Below are positions 20,601 to 25,805 of a stretch of 54,205 nt of DNA, in pieces; the stretch's first letter is position 1; every line of letters begins with the position of its first letter. Source of the stretch: an uncultured virus (IMG/VR IMGVR_UViG_3300028557_000015) (lineage: Duplodnaviria; Heunggongvirae; Uroviricota; Caudoviricetes); IMG/VR virus record IMGVR_UViG_3300028557_000015, positions 62,001 to 116,205 of that record. The stretch is one strand, 5' to 3'. The translations under genes were made by a program, and so were the position numbers. A model generated the notes under the pieces. The model made no database searches. It was not told the origin of the DNA and saw nothing but the letters and a program-made list of their open reading frames with translations.

Positions 20601-21893
20601 TTGATTAGTTGAATTGCTTTCAATCAATCTAATGATACCAACCTTGTTAGCACTTGTGCCGTCTTGGTAATACAATGTATCTAATATAGCACTTAGATAT
20701 GGTACAAGATTAATAGATCCACTAGTGTTGCGGAAAAAGTTTCGTGCTTTCCATTCTGTGCCATAGTTTGCAGTAATCTTTTCATTTGTTGGAATGTTAC
20801 TTGCAGGAACTAATCTTAATACAGGATCAGATGGGTCACCTACATAAGTTATTGTGTAGAATGTAGCAGATACATCCGTATAAAAGCCACCTTCAAAATT
20901 ATTGAAATCAGCACTAGTGCCAGGTGGTGTGTAGCTCGCACCACCATCTTCATCAAATAATGTAGTATCATAAAACTTAGAAGTAAATCCTTGTTCATCA
21001 ACAACTCCGGTATTGTAAAACATAACAGTAAGACCTTCAAGTCCTGTCACGCCATCAATGTTGCCTACATCACTTAACAACTGACCATTGATTTGGTCGA
21101 ACGGTGTAGTAGACACAACGTCTACTAAATTATTACCCGGGAAGTTATATTCATCTTGTGCATTTTTATATGGTACTGTAAATATAACGACACCGGTAGT
21201 CGTGCCATTATTTTCAACACCCAATACATCACGTGTTTGTAAATTAAGTTGTTGTGGATCATATCCAGTAATACCCGGTTTACCTTGAATCCAAAATTCA
21301 GTAGGCTGATTTACAGTAAACGTATATGTGCCACCACGAATCAATGTTAATGTGGGATTGGTTGTGCCGGCTGGATTAACGTCACTCGATATATTATAAC
21401 CATTAGGTAGACTTCTAACTGTGTAGTCTGTGGCAGTATAAACAATATCTGTGGAAATATTAACAGATGGTGCACCTGTTGGCAACCAATAATATTGATT
21501 AAAGTTAATTATTTTATCTAAGTTAGTAAAGCTATCCCAAGAATAAAATTCACTGTTGAATAATCTATCATTGTTATCTGTTAATGCACCTTCTAATTTT
21601 AATGCATCTATGATACCGGGATAACTGATAAAATCTTTAGCAGTATTTGTATTTGTTTTGGTAAAAACAACTCCAGGATCTAATTGATAATCTCTGCGAA
21701 CTTTTGTAGGTTCTACTACGTAATTATCTTTAGCGTTAATACCATAACCAAATTTACTACCAATATAACCCTCAATCCTCATCGTATTGGGTTGGTCAAC
21801 GATTTGATCCAGTGTTGCCCCCAAGAATTGACTATTAGTAGGTGTTTGGAATATCTCTGGTAAAAAATTTAGTGTTCTAATTCGTGCTGCCAT
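2679..21893 (-). CDS. Giant (6404 aa) baseplate wedge/adhesin-like structural protein with FG-GAP-like and BNR-like propeller repeats and many beta-repeat modules
   Basis: Uninterrupted 19.2 kb ORF directly downstream of the gp6-like gene. Contains 'YLNEAKPYHVVIKDF', FG-GAP-like 'FGYS...IGAP...GAVY', BNR-like 'AVG..G.I.TS.DG.TW' and about 13 'GxPIxFxG..FGG...YYV' modules. Confidence 0.75.
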   Translation of the reverse strand: MAARIRTLNFLPEIFQTPTNSQFLGATLDQIVDQPNTMRIEGYIGSKFGYGINAKDNYVVEPTKVRRDYQLDPGVVFTKTNTNTAKDFISYPGIIDALKLEGALTDNNDRLFNSEFYSWDSFTNLDKIINFNQYYWLPTGAPSVNISTDIVYTATDYTVRSLPNGYNISSDVNPAGTTNPTLTLIRGGTYTFTVNQPTEFWIQGKPGITGYDPQQLNLQTRDVLGVENNGTTTGVVIFTVPYKNAQDEYNFPGNNLVDVVSTTPFDQINGQLLSDVGNIDGVTGLEGLTVMFYNTGVVDEQGFTSKFYDTTLFDEDGGASYTPPGTSADFNNFEGGFYTDVSATFYTITYVGDPSDPVLRLVPASNIPTNEKITANYGTEWKARNFFRNTSGSINLVPYLSAILDTLYYQDGTSANKVGIIRLIESNSTNQIDITEILGQQQYTSPNGVVFTNGLKVSFSGDIFPTSYKDGEYYVEGVGTAIELLNVADLITPEPFTEGAYTPFDSLPYDIGNYDSTLYIPVYQDYITIARNSIDKNAWSRSNRWFHIDVINATATYNNNPAIATIYATQDNKAKRPIIEFYPNLRLFNNGVVGKDPIDFFDDRTTDAFTLVAGQENYWPDVETYTAYTATIAGVTGTSTTITIAASDVTGTFQVGQYISDTTNVLPRNTQITTITGTSTLTLTVTWDTSTTIPATTGSSLVANDLSNDNYSLYDGARIVFSADTNENVRNKIYVVRFSDIQGTGTPVITLTEASDGLVLPLECTFAFKGYNNEGKDFYFDGIEWLIAQQKTTVNQAPYFDIFDNDGISFGNTDVYVGTSFAGNKLFSYGIGSGIKDIVLGFPLRYSAVNNVGDISFDVPLNSETFNYVSGTNPITQKVNTGYVYNYTSGTTVVRQLGWQTAVAESRQYQIFSFNYVASEATTTYTCDIAASTNTVWPNIQVYVNNVLQDTSTYTFTITDNTTVVNFTVPNPLIDTVVEITLLSDQVSPTAYYQIPINLQNNPFNDDVSVVNVGDIRGQYQSIFYNNPNTTGDVFGSNNYRDLGNLVPWGNKIIQNSASLALPGSLLRSQNNNLINSLQYNSQQYITFRSLLVYTIDRTEYNIYQTPATILDDALDQITQNKTESEPFFWSDMLPSKAAYATNTYTFANSLDTSIYPLTRIYNFDTANYYGVLVYLTTTVDNFTSTQQLIVNQDYTVSTDTPSLTITKDLSAGDIVTIKEYNQTFGSYVPNTPTKLGLYPSFIPGVVLDSNYSQPTYFIQGHDGSYTKLYGEYIDGNLVDFRDQALLEFESRVYNNLKLTDIVPITEYDVIPGFFRTTNYSYDEVLQIYSQYFLNWVGQNRIEYKKQFYQPNDQFSYNYTQSGNRINGQPIPQGFWRGIYEYFYDTSTPNTTPWEMIGFTNQPTWWTDRYGAAPYTSDNLVLWGDMAAGINWNNGDPIVLPEFIREELLSVIPVDGAGNLLSPFDAVMGNYNFRTFRNEWAVGDVGPVEFSYRRSSSWPFDLMKILALTKPAKFFNLGFDVDNYKFSTEFNQYLVNNRSHLVISDVAIYGNGTAKTSYINWIVDYEKQVGINATQNITDLFDNLDVRLIYRLAGFSDKSLLGFYVEKGTPNSRNASLLIPDESYSVVLYDNVPITTVIYSGVVVQSTNAGWKVFGNSQDTAYFTTVTPKINGNYNKVTVGNISVQLANDYTENKTNIVPYGTEFLDLQSLSQFIANYGRYLLTQGVLFDQIESGIDVNWRQMVTELLYWAQSGWETGSLINLNPAANLITINKDSHIVQPLTLQRQNFILNQNFYPIQSNELSVTRDSTFFSATPLNEGDTVAYGQFNISNFEHGIVFDNVTVFNDVLYNLVTGLRQNRILTRGTKSADWNGTIDAQGFILNQNNIEEWSTNQKYTRGSIVKYKNKYWFALKVLNAKEIFEEQYWKETDYNEIQKGLLPNSSTRSYEATLFYDTNKTNLDQDSDLLSWSLIGYRPRDYLALADLTDITQVNVYKNLIKEKGTRIAANSFKGLNLPQGGIDYDVYENWAIKTGEFGGVLNNNFVDFRLNQNQLTGNPSIVGLTTGVYTDGVEQEVPLYSVFNYGRPINNPNVLPTLPSDTPNRVFPDAGYTNFNDVKISSYYYNGLNTATTPLSHLYVNEYVWLADYNSTWQVYTPTSAGQVVGAINNLNGTVTLQFATPHNLTKYQPFAIINFNSNIDGYRIVATVVDPFRVTILLSLSSALTTITGEGVAMKFSSQRVATPSDINNLPLLDSEFVKNKVWVDENDDGSWAVYRKSLNYVYEDELLKTNSLTYGSAVAQTSNLGYLISDAETGVAYRYSYSSVFDSYSIVQTITEGISFGSTIAYSDNLFVISQPTGAAYTDRKVYIYDLVINNLLNELQEVQVIESPDDDSVTNWGSSIALSGDQNWLYISAYEQNLVYVYRKSDLTTLYELSDTITVAGLSAGDSFGYSIATNYYGNIVAVSAPENDTVVADLGTAYSFERLVQTFEAPFTSSPFAPQTFSLIFTPITTPVTVTDTNAGTDRFTCTDSSVLTVGYPIVFTGTVFGGVSLNTVYYVLAKPSGTTFTVSTERGGSTLQLITDTGSMSAVQQTEPIFVSVNGTLIDDNEYGVVGTNINVYQSLTAGDIITVSGSEFVLTQEFTSVDANPEVGTNFGYSLDVDTYANELLIGAPFEINSQNAEGAVYRYTYGGSSYGIVTGTTECNVTAATTILVNGYAVNIPAGNATAAANAITSANITNVTASASNNILTIQVISVDLAFINAKLTVSVLDADVLDQLGIQLYTQTQLINDPHSQGRTQFGSTIKFNSSGSFVVSAPASARYAETTFDASDDENYDNDTLFDNNTTQFIDSFVNAGAVYMYDYLPVYNENVNNSGAYVYAQSVNALNEDYGSQPYYGTALDFNNNSVIIGTPNFRPGYDNGQVVIYNNSSGESDWIVYRNSAPIVDTDAIQNVQLYSVSTNNTLDNLDYIDPLQGKLLGAVRENLDIVSNTDPANYNSPDATNKGSTVWGPGQLGKLWFDTSTTRFVNYHQSDDVVYNSKWWGRVFPGSDVKVYSWVTSDVEPIVYQGPGTPRSIDDYAIEYRLNSTGALVPVYYYWVRNTNIVFNQIGKTLSDTICESYIATPLSTGISYMAAIQPNVFGLYNCGSNINATDTALHIGFATGTNDDVSHSVYSLIRSNYADDFLPGLPGIGDTVVPESLYNRMLESFSGVNQTGAVVPDPFLPKPVQSGILVRPRQSFFYNRFKALENYLQFYNTVLAQYPLAETSSLKFLFTEGAINPSTVDNPNWPGAPELFYNTQDYWELINWWAPGYNDNTKSAMLVESYYDLAPINAQLGLIVTVNKNGDGLQETYVYDGIEWVRIGLQNGTIQFSSSLWDYAEARIGFGDNFFDTTPFDTFPSEETRSIIRAVNEELPSNLLLFRNKSLILMFNYIVSETIESQNYLPWLNKTSFIDVAHTIRELLPLEVFQSDNQEFLAGYLNEAKPYHVVIKDFLFKYTGTNVYEGEITDFDLPAQYNTQFQQYITPELVYANPSSINQYLPTDPIWQTQPYINWFNNQGLSITGVNDYPITLLLSYLTLNSISMVVDNVYGFPTTGVILIGEEEIAYSSVDRAYSTLSGLTRGVNGTTITNHLPGEQIIIDLPPVLLLNGGRGYAEPPKVTAYIDTTIYPAPRRAAILQPVMNLDTILRIDVIDPGEGYQVLPEIRIDPSEIVTFASTDVDVLTNTITLQTQFVQTGDLIQYYVGTDTTAVGGLDDGQYYYLAVLENTPFYVVALYTSYANALQDHDRVVLTNTGTGSNNNIAVSARASCVSTSLPTRENIITLRFDRTTYDSQVTEWAPDNFYGSFYAGLFNNSTRIASSAITLEQTQPPVNDILASAQGATFEIQDITNDQVLTWSSFIRQVGETVAANDAVRLTYDSTQPNASGSTIGFYVGMPVKFVGAVGPVITNNTTYYVAEVINESDFSISTTVSGSVLPLTDYTVTAAGLSCYAGEVTNTAIVTIAYPGILDVTATELTTNFITTPTLPTGTAGTSGFYVGLPVYFVGNVFGGIIENETYYIITVIDSETFTISTTNDPLILTATNTTVTTNLVTVGSTLELSVNDPIIFTGTMFGGLVAGQIYYVASIYNGTQITLSSTINGPVTTLSTATGSCTLTSQTTAVQLTTATGSMTMNVGLPVSPGQVTGQLFTFYPTVASVGTGVSGTNGNLVTRDTVAATSNGDYLYLRYLSGGLTNIYNNLPFVLSESIGGLTAGDTYYVVSNGALAVEVASSSSSTNEYTLASGTLTTGFYIGMPISFSGAVFGNVVALVTYFINSYDLGGDTFTITDTIGGSDLVLTTDNGQMTLTADNPYITLTDTLGDPAIGLTDEILETVFTQDPISSPTFNVGKKLGGYTIDIVNPGSGYTFDNTITISGTDLGGTSPLNDLVLTVSGIDVIVANTNPNYDFLLPVESDGNVTSVIGSGTPAGIVRQYYLKVISATQCEVYANPLLNVPVNGLVLETEYTLGDYVFLPEPFYFNQSIVKYNNQVWQCIISNNDNEFIIGKWELLNSGSRKLNELDRIIGYYDPTVNMPGVDLTQLIEGITYPNSTYLDNAFAPEDQYTLDTILQDQPFYPTSVDTVAISWNGTTYVAAANTPEYSASLLSVDASSWAINKLVNIPVNASDIIYANGLFVIVCESATTPIYTSTDGIVFTTAGGAFTPYDATPYSINNYDSTLLSVESTSLSSVAYGNAIWIAVGENIVLSTDTFSWAQVDTFTNGLVNNLNSVTYVNIPSYVGFISVGNGQEIISGSTQGTSVIKISSDGYVWTTLPIVSYKGFNGVTSSSSMIVAVGEDGVIYTSLNGTNWFGLNESNIISVNASTNVINVGSTTGFQVGNTVRFTQSFNVISSGTTYYVVDVTSSTQLKVSTTSGGSPITLNATNPPSTTFMYIYPTGPTLNDVLYANSLFMAVGNTGTIKTSSDGYTWTIKTSGTTKDLNGITYNSIDGEWIVVGDDNAIITSTNNGNTWISSSVFETAPTVYDVQGDAFTAGYGPEELVPGVVSDNLTMIVTTRPGTDWDTSIYGHAGYNVVSTEIVPDSGQTEFSFEGVVENPANISLFDITTATNTSIRIYDFTVDWVNKVVTIGTALAVDHTLRLDVYEVGNGNQLVKANSQTIPFVDNISTGFVEMPLNCNYSADRFNGSGVIRPNTDPKSVNAIETDAIDNGIVCESVDYFAVNAPITFQGAVFGGIVSGTTYWIKTISYITNKITISASVSGGIAGPTFDVTSATGIMLVNIQSTNGLVWTDPILIHNGTNLVLGEQGIVSETNSGTNTIVVNSTDHYEVGDTIVFSDAIDTGSFVSSGLIAQQQYYITSIVGNEFTVSLTSSGTNVTLANATGIALCVTNDYAIAIADEGITAKIVFANQYTQANDFVVLSVFGETAPVQYGYTVPEVELFELTTAVTEFTLSNYVGGDNAKNAIVEHNGRRLVETSDYTIDFNTETLSLNFGTSAGDTVAVTSYNLTDRQYLHTTYGGTFSGSTTNSFFIGSTTHTPGYDANITAGQFLVGSEYVITKVGTTDFTLIGSTQINAGSFVIGTSYTIDGLGTTDFTLIGATQVAAGSFVIGNVYIINSIGTTDFTLIGASSNTIGLEFVATGVGTGTGTALNNIFVATGIGSGTGTSLESLFTASGAGTGTGTAAIGFDGGVITTAGSFTIGATYEILTVGTTNFTLIGSVDNNVGTMFTATGVGTGTGTAGTGLYSPGPDYLTLSSGNTNSLNINDAITFTGTTFGGIVANQTYYVVNIISSTEFAVSETPGGSAIQLTTDFGSMIGITNPPTVAPISGVDNLITAPITVGITSTTITTNVVTCSSTIGFSPGQPIMFKRSNPATPYGNILCDGTVYFIKTVVNGFDFTISETPSGPVMVQVTTSGAILAEVSGNPAVSITTGVPHNLAENDIVRIDGTLGSVQLNNNTYYAKIISATQIALYNSAYDPTANAINDPVTIVSTWTGGGYVWLDKTFTITTTLATATTASNDRITVSSSLELILGTPIIFTGSDLLGGLESEVTAGSFTEGNTYQINSQGTTDFTLIGALNNNVGTNFVATGVGTGTGTATAIYYVYDKPSATTFRVTAVRDGDVFALTNDTGSMNVSQWEQGNVDRLWVTINGYRIPSSALRLNPDNNLSILSTVEPGDVVIITSMIPTATPNQAVYLQNVNKTGVPSVYRANSLTRTWLTETLQDTDDTIYVEDVTMITETIIQNETAPAEIDGIISIGLEGDKQAICQVIVYNNDTTQTVDPADYYIAVEATAPILKITGGVSGGELLTITVILGNLIYVNGEQIGFTTVNFDTNTVTGLQRGANGTGEQTFIPKYSEVYGILSSNKLPTVYNALTWNSYNYNLVDGDPLQISTTFSANFLNADVP

Positions 21894-21917
21894 TATAACT
21901 CTCTAGTTGTTATATAC

Positions 21918-24900
21918 TTATCTTATTTGTAATTGCACTGGTGTTAAAGCCGCAATCACAACTACATCACTTGCAGTTGCACCATTCACAAAAATTTCAT
22001 AAGGTGCTGATTTGATTTCATACAAATCTCCAAAGCTCATAGTTGGATCGTTTGGTACAAGTACAACTGAACTTACAAGGTCTCCCAGTTGTGCGTGTAA
22101 ATATGCTCCTAATTCACTAAAATAAAATGTGTCTCCAAAGCTCCAGTTATTAATATTAAAATAACTATTCATTGCAGATAATACTGCGCTACGTATTTCA
22201 CTATCACTTGCGTTAGTTGATGGTGACTTGATTACCTTAACTGTTCCTTGCAATTGTGCAGGGGCTTTTGTTCCAAACAAAGGAAGGAAGCGAACACTAT
22301 TTGGTATGACACTATCGGTTAACATTTTATAATCATCTAAATTACCATATGCTTGCTGTAATTCATTAATGGTAGGGACATCTGGTTTAGGTACTGTACC
22401 GGTAGTATCTTGTATCCAATTTGTGTAGGCTGTATAGTATGCCTGTGTTACCAAATATAAATCAATAATGTTTGTAGTAGCAGGATCAATACGTGTTGTA
22501 TTGTTACTGTTATGCCTATACTGATATAATATTGCTTGTCTTCCAGGCTGCATACTATATTGCGGTTGTTCAACTACTAGATAATAAGGAGTTGTTACAC
22601 TTGTATCTTGTACAGTAGTATAAAATACATTTTCGCTGAATGCATAGAATACTTGGCCTAATGGATATTCATATTTAATTACTTCAATATTTGTTAATGT
22701 TGGGTACTGGTATATTATATCACTCGTAGCAATTAATTGGTAACGTGATAAATTAACAGCATCTTCAATTAATTCAAAGAATGTGTAGATACCTGTATTA
22801 CTAGAACCAGTTACATAACCAGTTACTGTTTGGAAGAAGTCAGGGTCAACAACAATTTCATTGTTGTTTATATCTATACTTGCTACTTCAACTTCAAAAT
22901 CATTTACATAGCCATCACTCTCAACAGTTTGTCCAATTACATTCATTTGTACTGGTCTTGCTAATGGTGCATTACTATTTGGTTGTGTATTTGAAGGTAG
23001 TACTTTAACAAAATCAGCTAATATTTTACCAGTAAATGGGTCATATACTAATTTACCACTCTCATACCAGAAGCGTGTATCTGCGACACTACCAAAATAA
23101 TATCTTAATGACTTATACTCAATTTGATATCTGTTATTACCAACACTGTTAAAGTTTACAAACCAACCAGTAGCGTTATATGCATCAATACTCCAACGGT
23201 CTTGTGTAATCAATAATGCGTTGTTAAATAACAAACTGAAACTTTGATTTAATTCCATTCTGATAACACATTCATTAATAACTGCTGTAGGAAGAGTGTT
23301 ACCAAATGATGGTATAACCTGTGTGATAATTGCTCCAGTTGGAATATATCCGTTTAGTGTAACTGGACCTGAGCCGTTGCTGAAATTACCTTCACCATTA
23401 TTATAACCATCACCAATAACATTTAATACAGTAGTCCAAAAGTATGTGGTATCGCTTGCACTTGCAATACCATAAACTAATCGATTGTTATCATCAAAGT
23501 ATGCACCGTTTGGTGCAGTAACTTTAATTAATGCGCTTTTAGTTACATACTTCATATTATGTGTGTTGTATGTTCCAGTAGCAATAGGAGTATTTGCTGA
23601 ACCATCAATGTTATAAAAATAACCAGTGATGCTATTTGCGTCAGTTGTGCTTGTGTTCCAATATACAGTGCCATCACCTGAAGCATTGTTAATATTATAG
23701 CGTGGATAATTTTGTAGATAATATTGTCTTGCTCTATTGTCAGCTAACGCTAATGCTAAGTTATCAGTTAAGAACTTAATAATATCGCCAGTGTTAGTTA
23801 TAGTCAATAACAAATTACCGTTATCGCTATTTTGATATAATCCACCATCACTTGCAAATGAATTCGTGCTGGAGTATTTTCCTGTAGGATCAAGTAGGTC
23901 TAAGTTTTTAGACACGCCAATAGAACTGCGATTAATAGCGGCACTTTTAATAATTGAACTGTATAATGTATATGGGAAATTTGTATAATCTTCACCATTA
24001 ACCATTCTGTTCTGTGTATAATATCGAGCAGGAGCACGTAGTTTAATGTTTGCTAATGATTCTCTGGCTTGCGCTGTTGAAGCTGGTGTTTGTAATGCTA
24101 ATCCTATAGTGAGTGCTTCTGTTCGTCCTGCTCTGCTAATATACTGTATTGTTACTTGAATTCCTTGCATTTCAGTTTGGTCAATAGTATATGTCAATGC
24201 ATTACCTGCACGTACATATGCTCTAAATGTTCCAACTGGTGCTTCGGAAAATACTCCATCACCGAAAGTATAACTAACTTGGTCATTGAATCTGGAAACA
24301 ACTGAGAATACTTTCTTATAACTAGTTTCCGTTTGTAAATTAGCATTAGCGTAAACACTATCTACTAATCTCCATAATGTTCTACCACCATTGCTAGCAT
24401 TTATTTGATATAACCATGTATCTGTGTTATTAATACCCTGAATATCAATATCAACTACCTGATTACTAATCTGTTGAGCTAAATTGAAATCGTAAGTCTG
24501 TAATGTTCCTTGTTTAAAATAAAAGAAGAAACCTGTATTTGGACTACCGTAACCTAATCTATCGTTACGATACATCATATTCATCTTGCCGCTTGGTGCC
24601 GGCGGTATCTCATAAACATAATCTTCATCTAAACTAGTGGCACTAACTAATTCAAAATTCATATTGATAGTATCTACTGTACTTGTAAATGGTACAATAG
24701 GTAAACTAGCAGGTGGAATATTAATACTATATTCATCAGTCTTAACTCCTAACAAATCAGCACTATTTCCAGGACGACCTACTCGTTGACTATTAATTAA
24801 TGTGGCATTTACAACTGTATTGAACTGCTCTAACCAGTTAGCATTTGCAGGATCATTCCAAAGAATTGTTTGATTACTTAGATTAACACCATTAATGTCG

Positions 24901-25289
24901 GTGATATTCTCAGTTGTACTAATATTAGTTACTTTTAAATAACCCTGTCCTGCATTATTACGCTTTGGGTTATAGCTTACTAAGTTGGCTAGTTTAACAA
25001 CACTGTCTCTACGTTCGGCAGTATCAATGAAGTTTTCACGTGTATTTAAATCGTTGCGGAAAGCAAGACCTTGACCCATAAACGCAATAACGTCAAGTAA
25101 AGCAATAAATTCGCTAGACTCAATGTAATCGTTAAACGTTTCAGGATAATACACTCGCAGATAATCTATAAAACTCTTACGCAGAGTTTCATAATCATAG
25201 CTTTTAAAATCTGCTTCTCGGAAGGTTTGGTAAATGGCCTGCCAATTTTGCACACCAAATATTGCTGATTGTCTTGAACTTGTAGCCAT
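21918..25289 (-). CDS. Baseplate wedge subunit, T4 gp6-like
   Basis: 1123 aa with 'DFKSYDYETLR..FNDYIESSEF', 'ENFIDTAERRDSV.KLA.L.SY.P', 'FGDG.F' and 'ESL..IK..AP..Y.TQNRMV..EDY', characteristic of gp6/baseplate J proteins. Confidence 0.85.
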   Translation of the reverse strand: MATSSRQSAIFGVQNWQAIYQTFREADFKSYDYETLRKSFIDYLRVYYPETFNDYIESSEFIALLDVIAFMGQGLAFRNDLNTRENFIDTAERRDSVVKLANLVSYNPKRNNAGQGYLKVTNISTTENITDINGVNLSNQTILWNDPANANWLEQFNTVVNATLINSQRVGRPGNSADLLGVKTDEYSINIPPASLPIVPFTSTVDTINMNFELVSATSLDEDYVYEIPPAPSGKMNMMYRNDRLGYGSPNTGFFFYFKQGTLQTYDFNLAQQISNQVVDIDIQGINNTDTWLYQINASNGGRTLWRLVDSVYANANLQTETSYKKVFSVVSRFNDQVSYTFGDGVFSEAPVGTFRAYVRAGNALTYTIDQTEMQGIQVTIQYISRAGRTEALTIGLALQTPASTAQARESLANIKLRAPARYYTQNRMVNGEDYTNFPYTLYSSIIKSAAINRSSIGVSKNLDLLDPTGKYSSTNSFASDGGLYQNSDNGNLLLTITNTGDIIKFLTDNLALALADNRARQYYLQNYPRYNINNASGDGTVYWNTSTTDANSITGYFYNIDGSANTPIATGTYNTHNMKYVTKSALIKVTAPNGAYFDDNNRLVYGIASASDTTYFWTTVLNVIGDGYNNGEGNFSNGSGPVTLNGYIPTGAIITQVIPSFGNTLPTAVINECVIRMELNQSFSLLFNNALLITQDRWSIDAYNATGWFVNFNSVGNNRYQIEYKSLRYYFGSVADTRFWYESGKLVYDPFTGKILADFVKVLPSNTQPNSNAPLARPVQMNVIGQTVESDGYVNDFEVEVASIDINNNEIVVDPDFFQTVTGYVTGSSNTGIYTFFELIEDAVNLSRYQLIATSDIIYQYPTLTNIEVIKYEYPLGQVFYAFSENVFYTTVQDTSVTTPYYLVVEQPQYSMQPGRQAILYQYRHNSNNTTRIDPATTNIIDLYLVTQAYYTAYTNWIQDTTGTVPKPDVPTINELQQAYGNLDDYKMLTDSVIPNSVRFLPLFGTKAPAQLQGTVKVIKSPSTNASDSEIRSAVLSAMNSYFNINNWSFGDTFYFSELGAYLHAQLGDLVSSVVLVPNDPTMSFGDLYEIKSAPYEIFVNGATASDVVVIAALTPVQLQIR

Positions 25290-25335
25290 AGTTATTCTCT
25301 TTTAAGTATTTATCTTAAAGGAAACCACTGTTTTG

Positions 25336-25785
25336 TTATTGAATCGTTGCTGTATTAGTTAAATTATTGAAGAATACATTCAATATTTCAGCATTGTTAA
25401 AGGGTGCGATAGCTAATTCTACTTCAAGTAATATGCCATTTTCCTGAGAATAACTTTTTACAGTATTAATTATCAATCTAGGATCACCATTGGCAATTCT
25501 ACGAATTTCATTTTCAAGTCTAAATTGAGTCTGTGGATCATTGGGCTCAAAAACAAAGCTCCAAATAGTAGAACCATATCCAGGATTACCAACTTTTTGT
25601 CCTTGTTGAATATTCAATGCATTTATAAAGTCTCTTACCACTAAAGCTTCATCTACTAAACGATACTTTTTACCCGGGATAGTTGGTTGTAATACACCAC
25701 CTGTACCACCATCTATACCGGTACTAGCATTAGTTGTCTTTGGTTCATTCGCCCCGATTGTTGAAAATCCTATATATGTTGGCAT
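25336..25785 (-). CDS. Baseplate wedge subunit, gp25-like
   Basis: 149 aa with 'G.K..NP.YGS.IW.F.FEP...I...DPR' gp25 signature; adjacent to gp6. Confidence 0.85.
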   Translation of the reverse strand: MPTYIGFSTIGANEPKTTNASTGIDGGTGGVLQPTIPGKKYRLVDEALVVRDFINALNIQQGQKVGNPGYGSTIWSFVFEPNDPQTQFRLENEIRRIANGDPRLIINTVKSYSQENGILLEVELAIAPFNNAEILNVFFNNLTNTATIQ

Positions 25786-25805
25786 ATTTTTATCCTATAA
25801 TGTAT

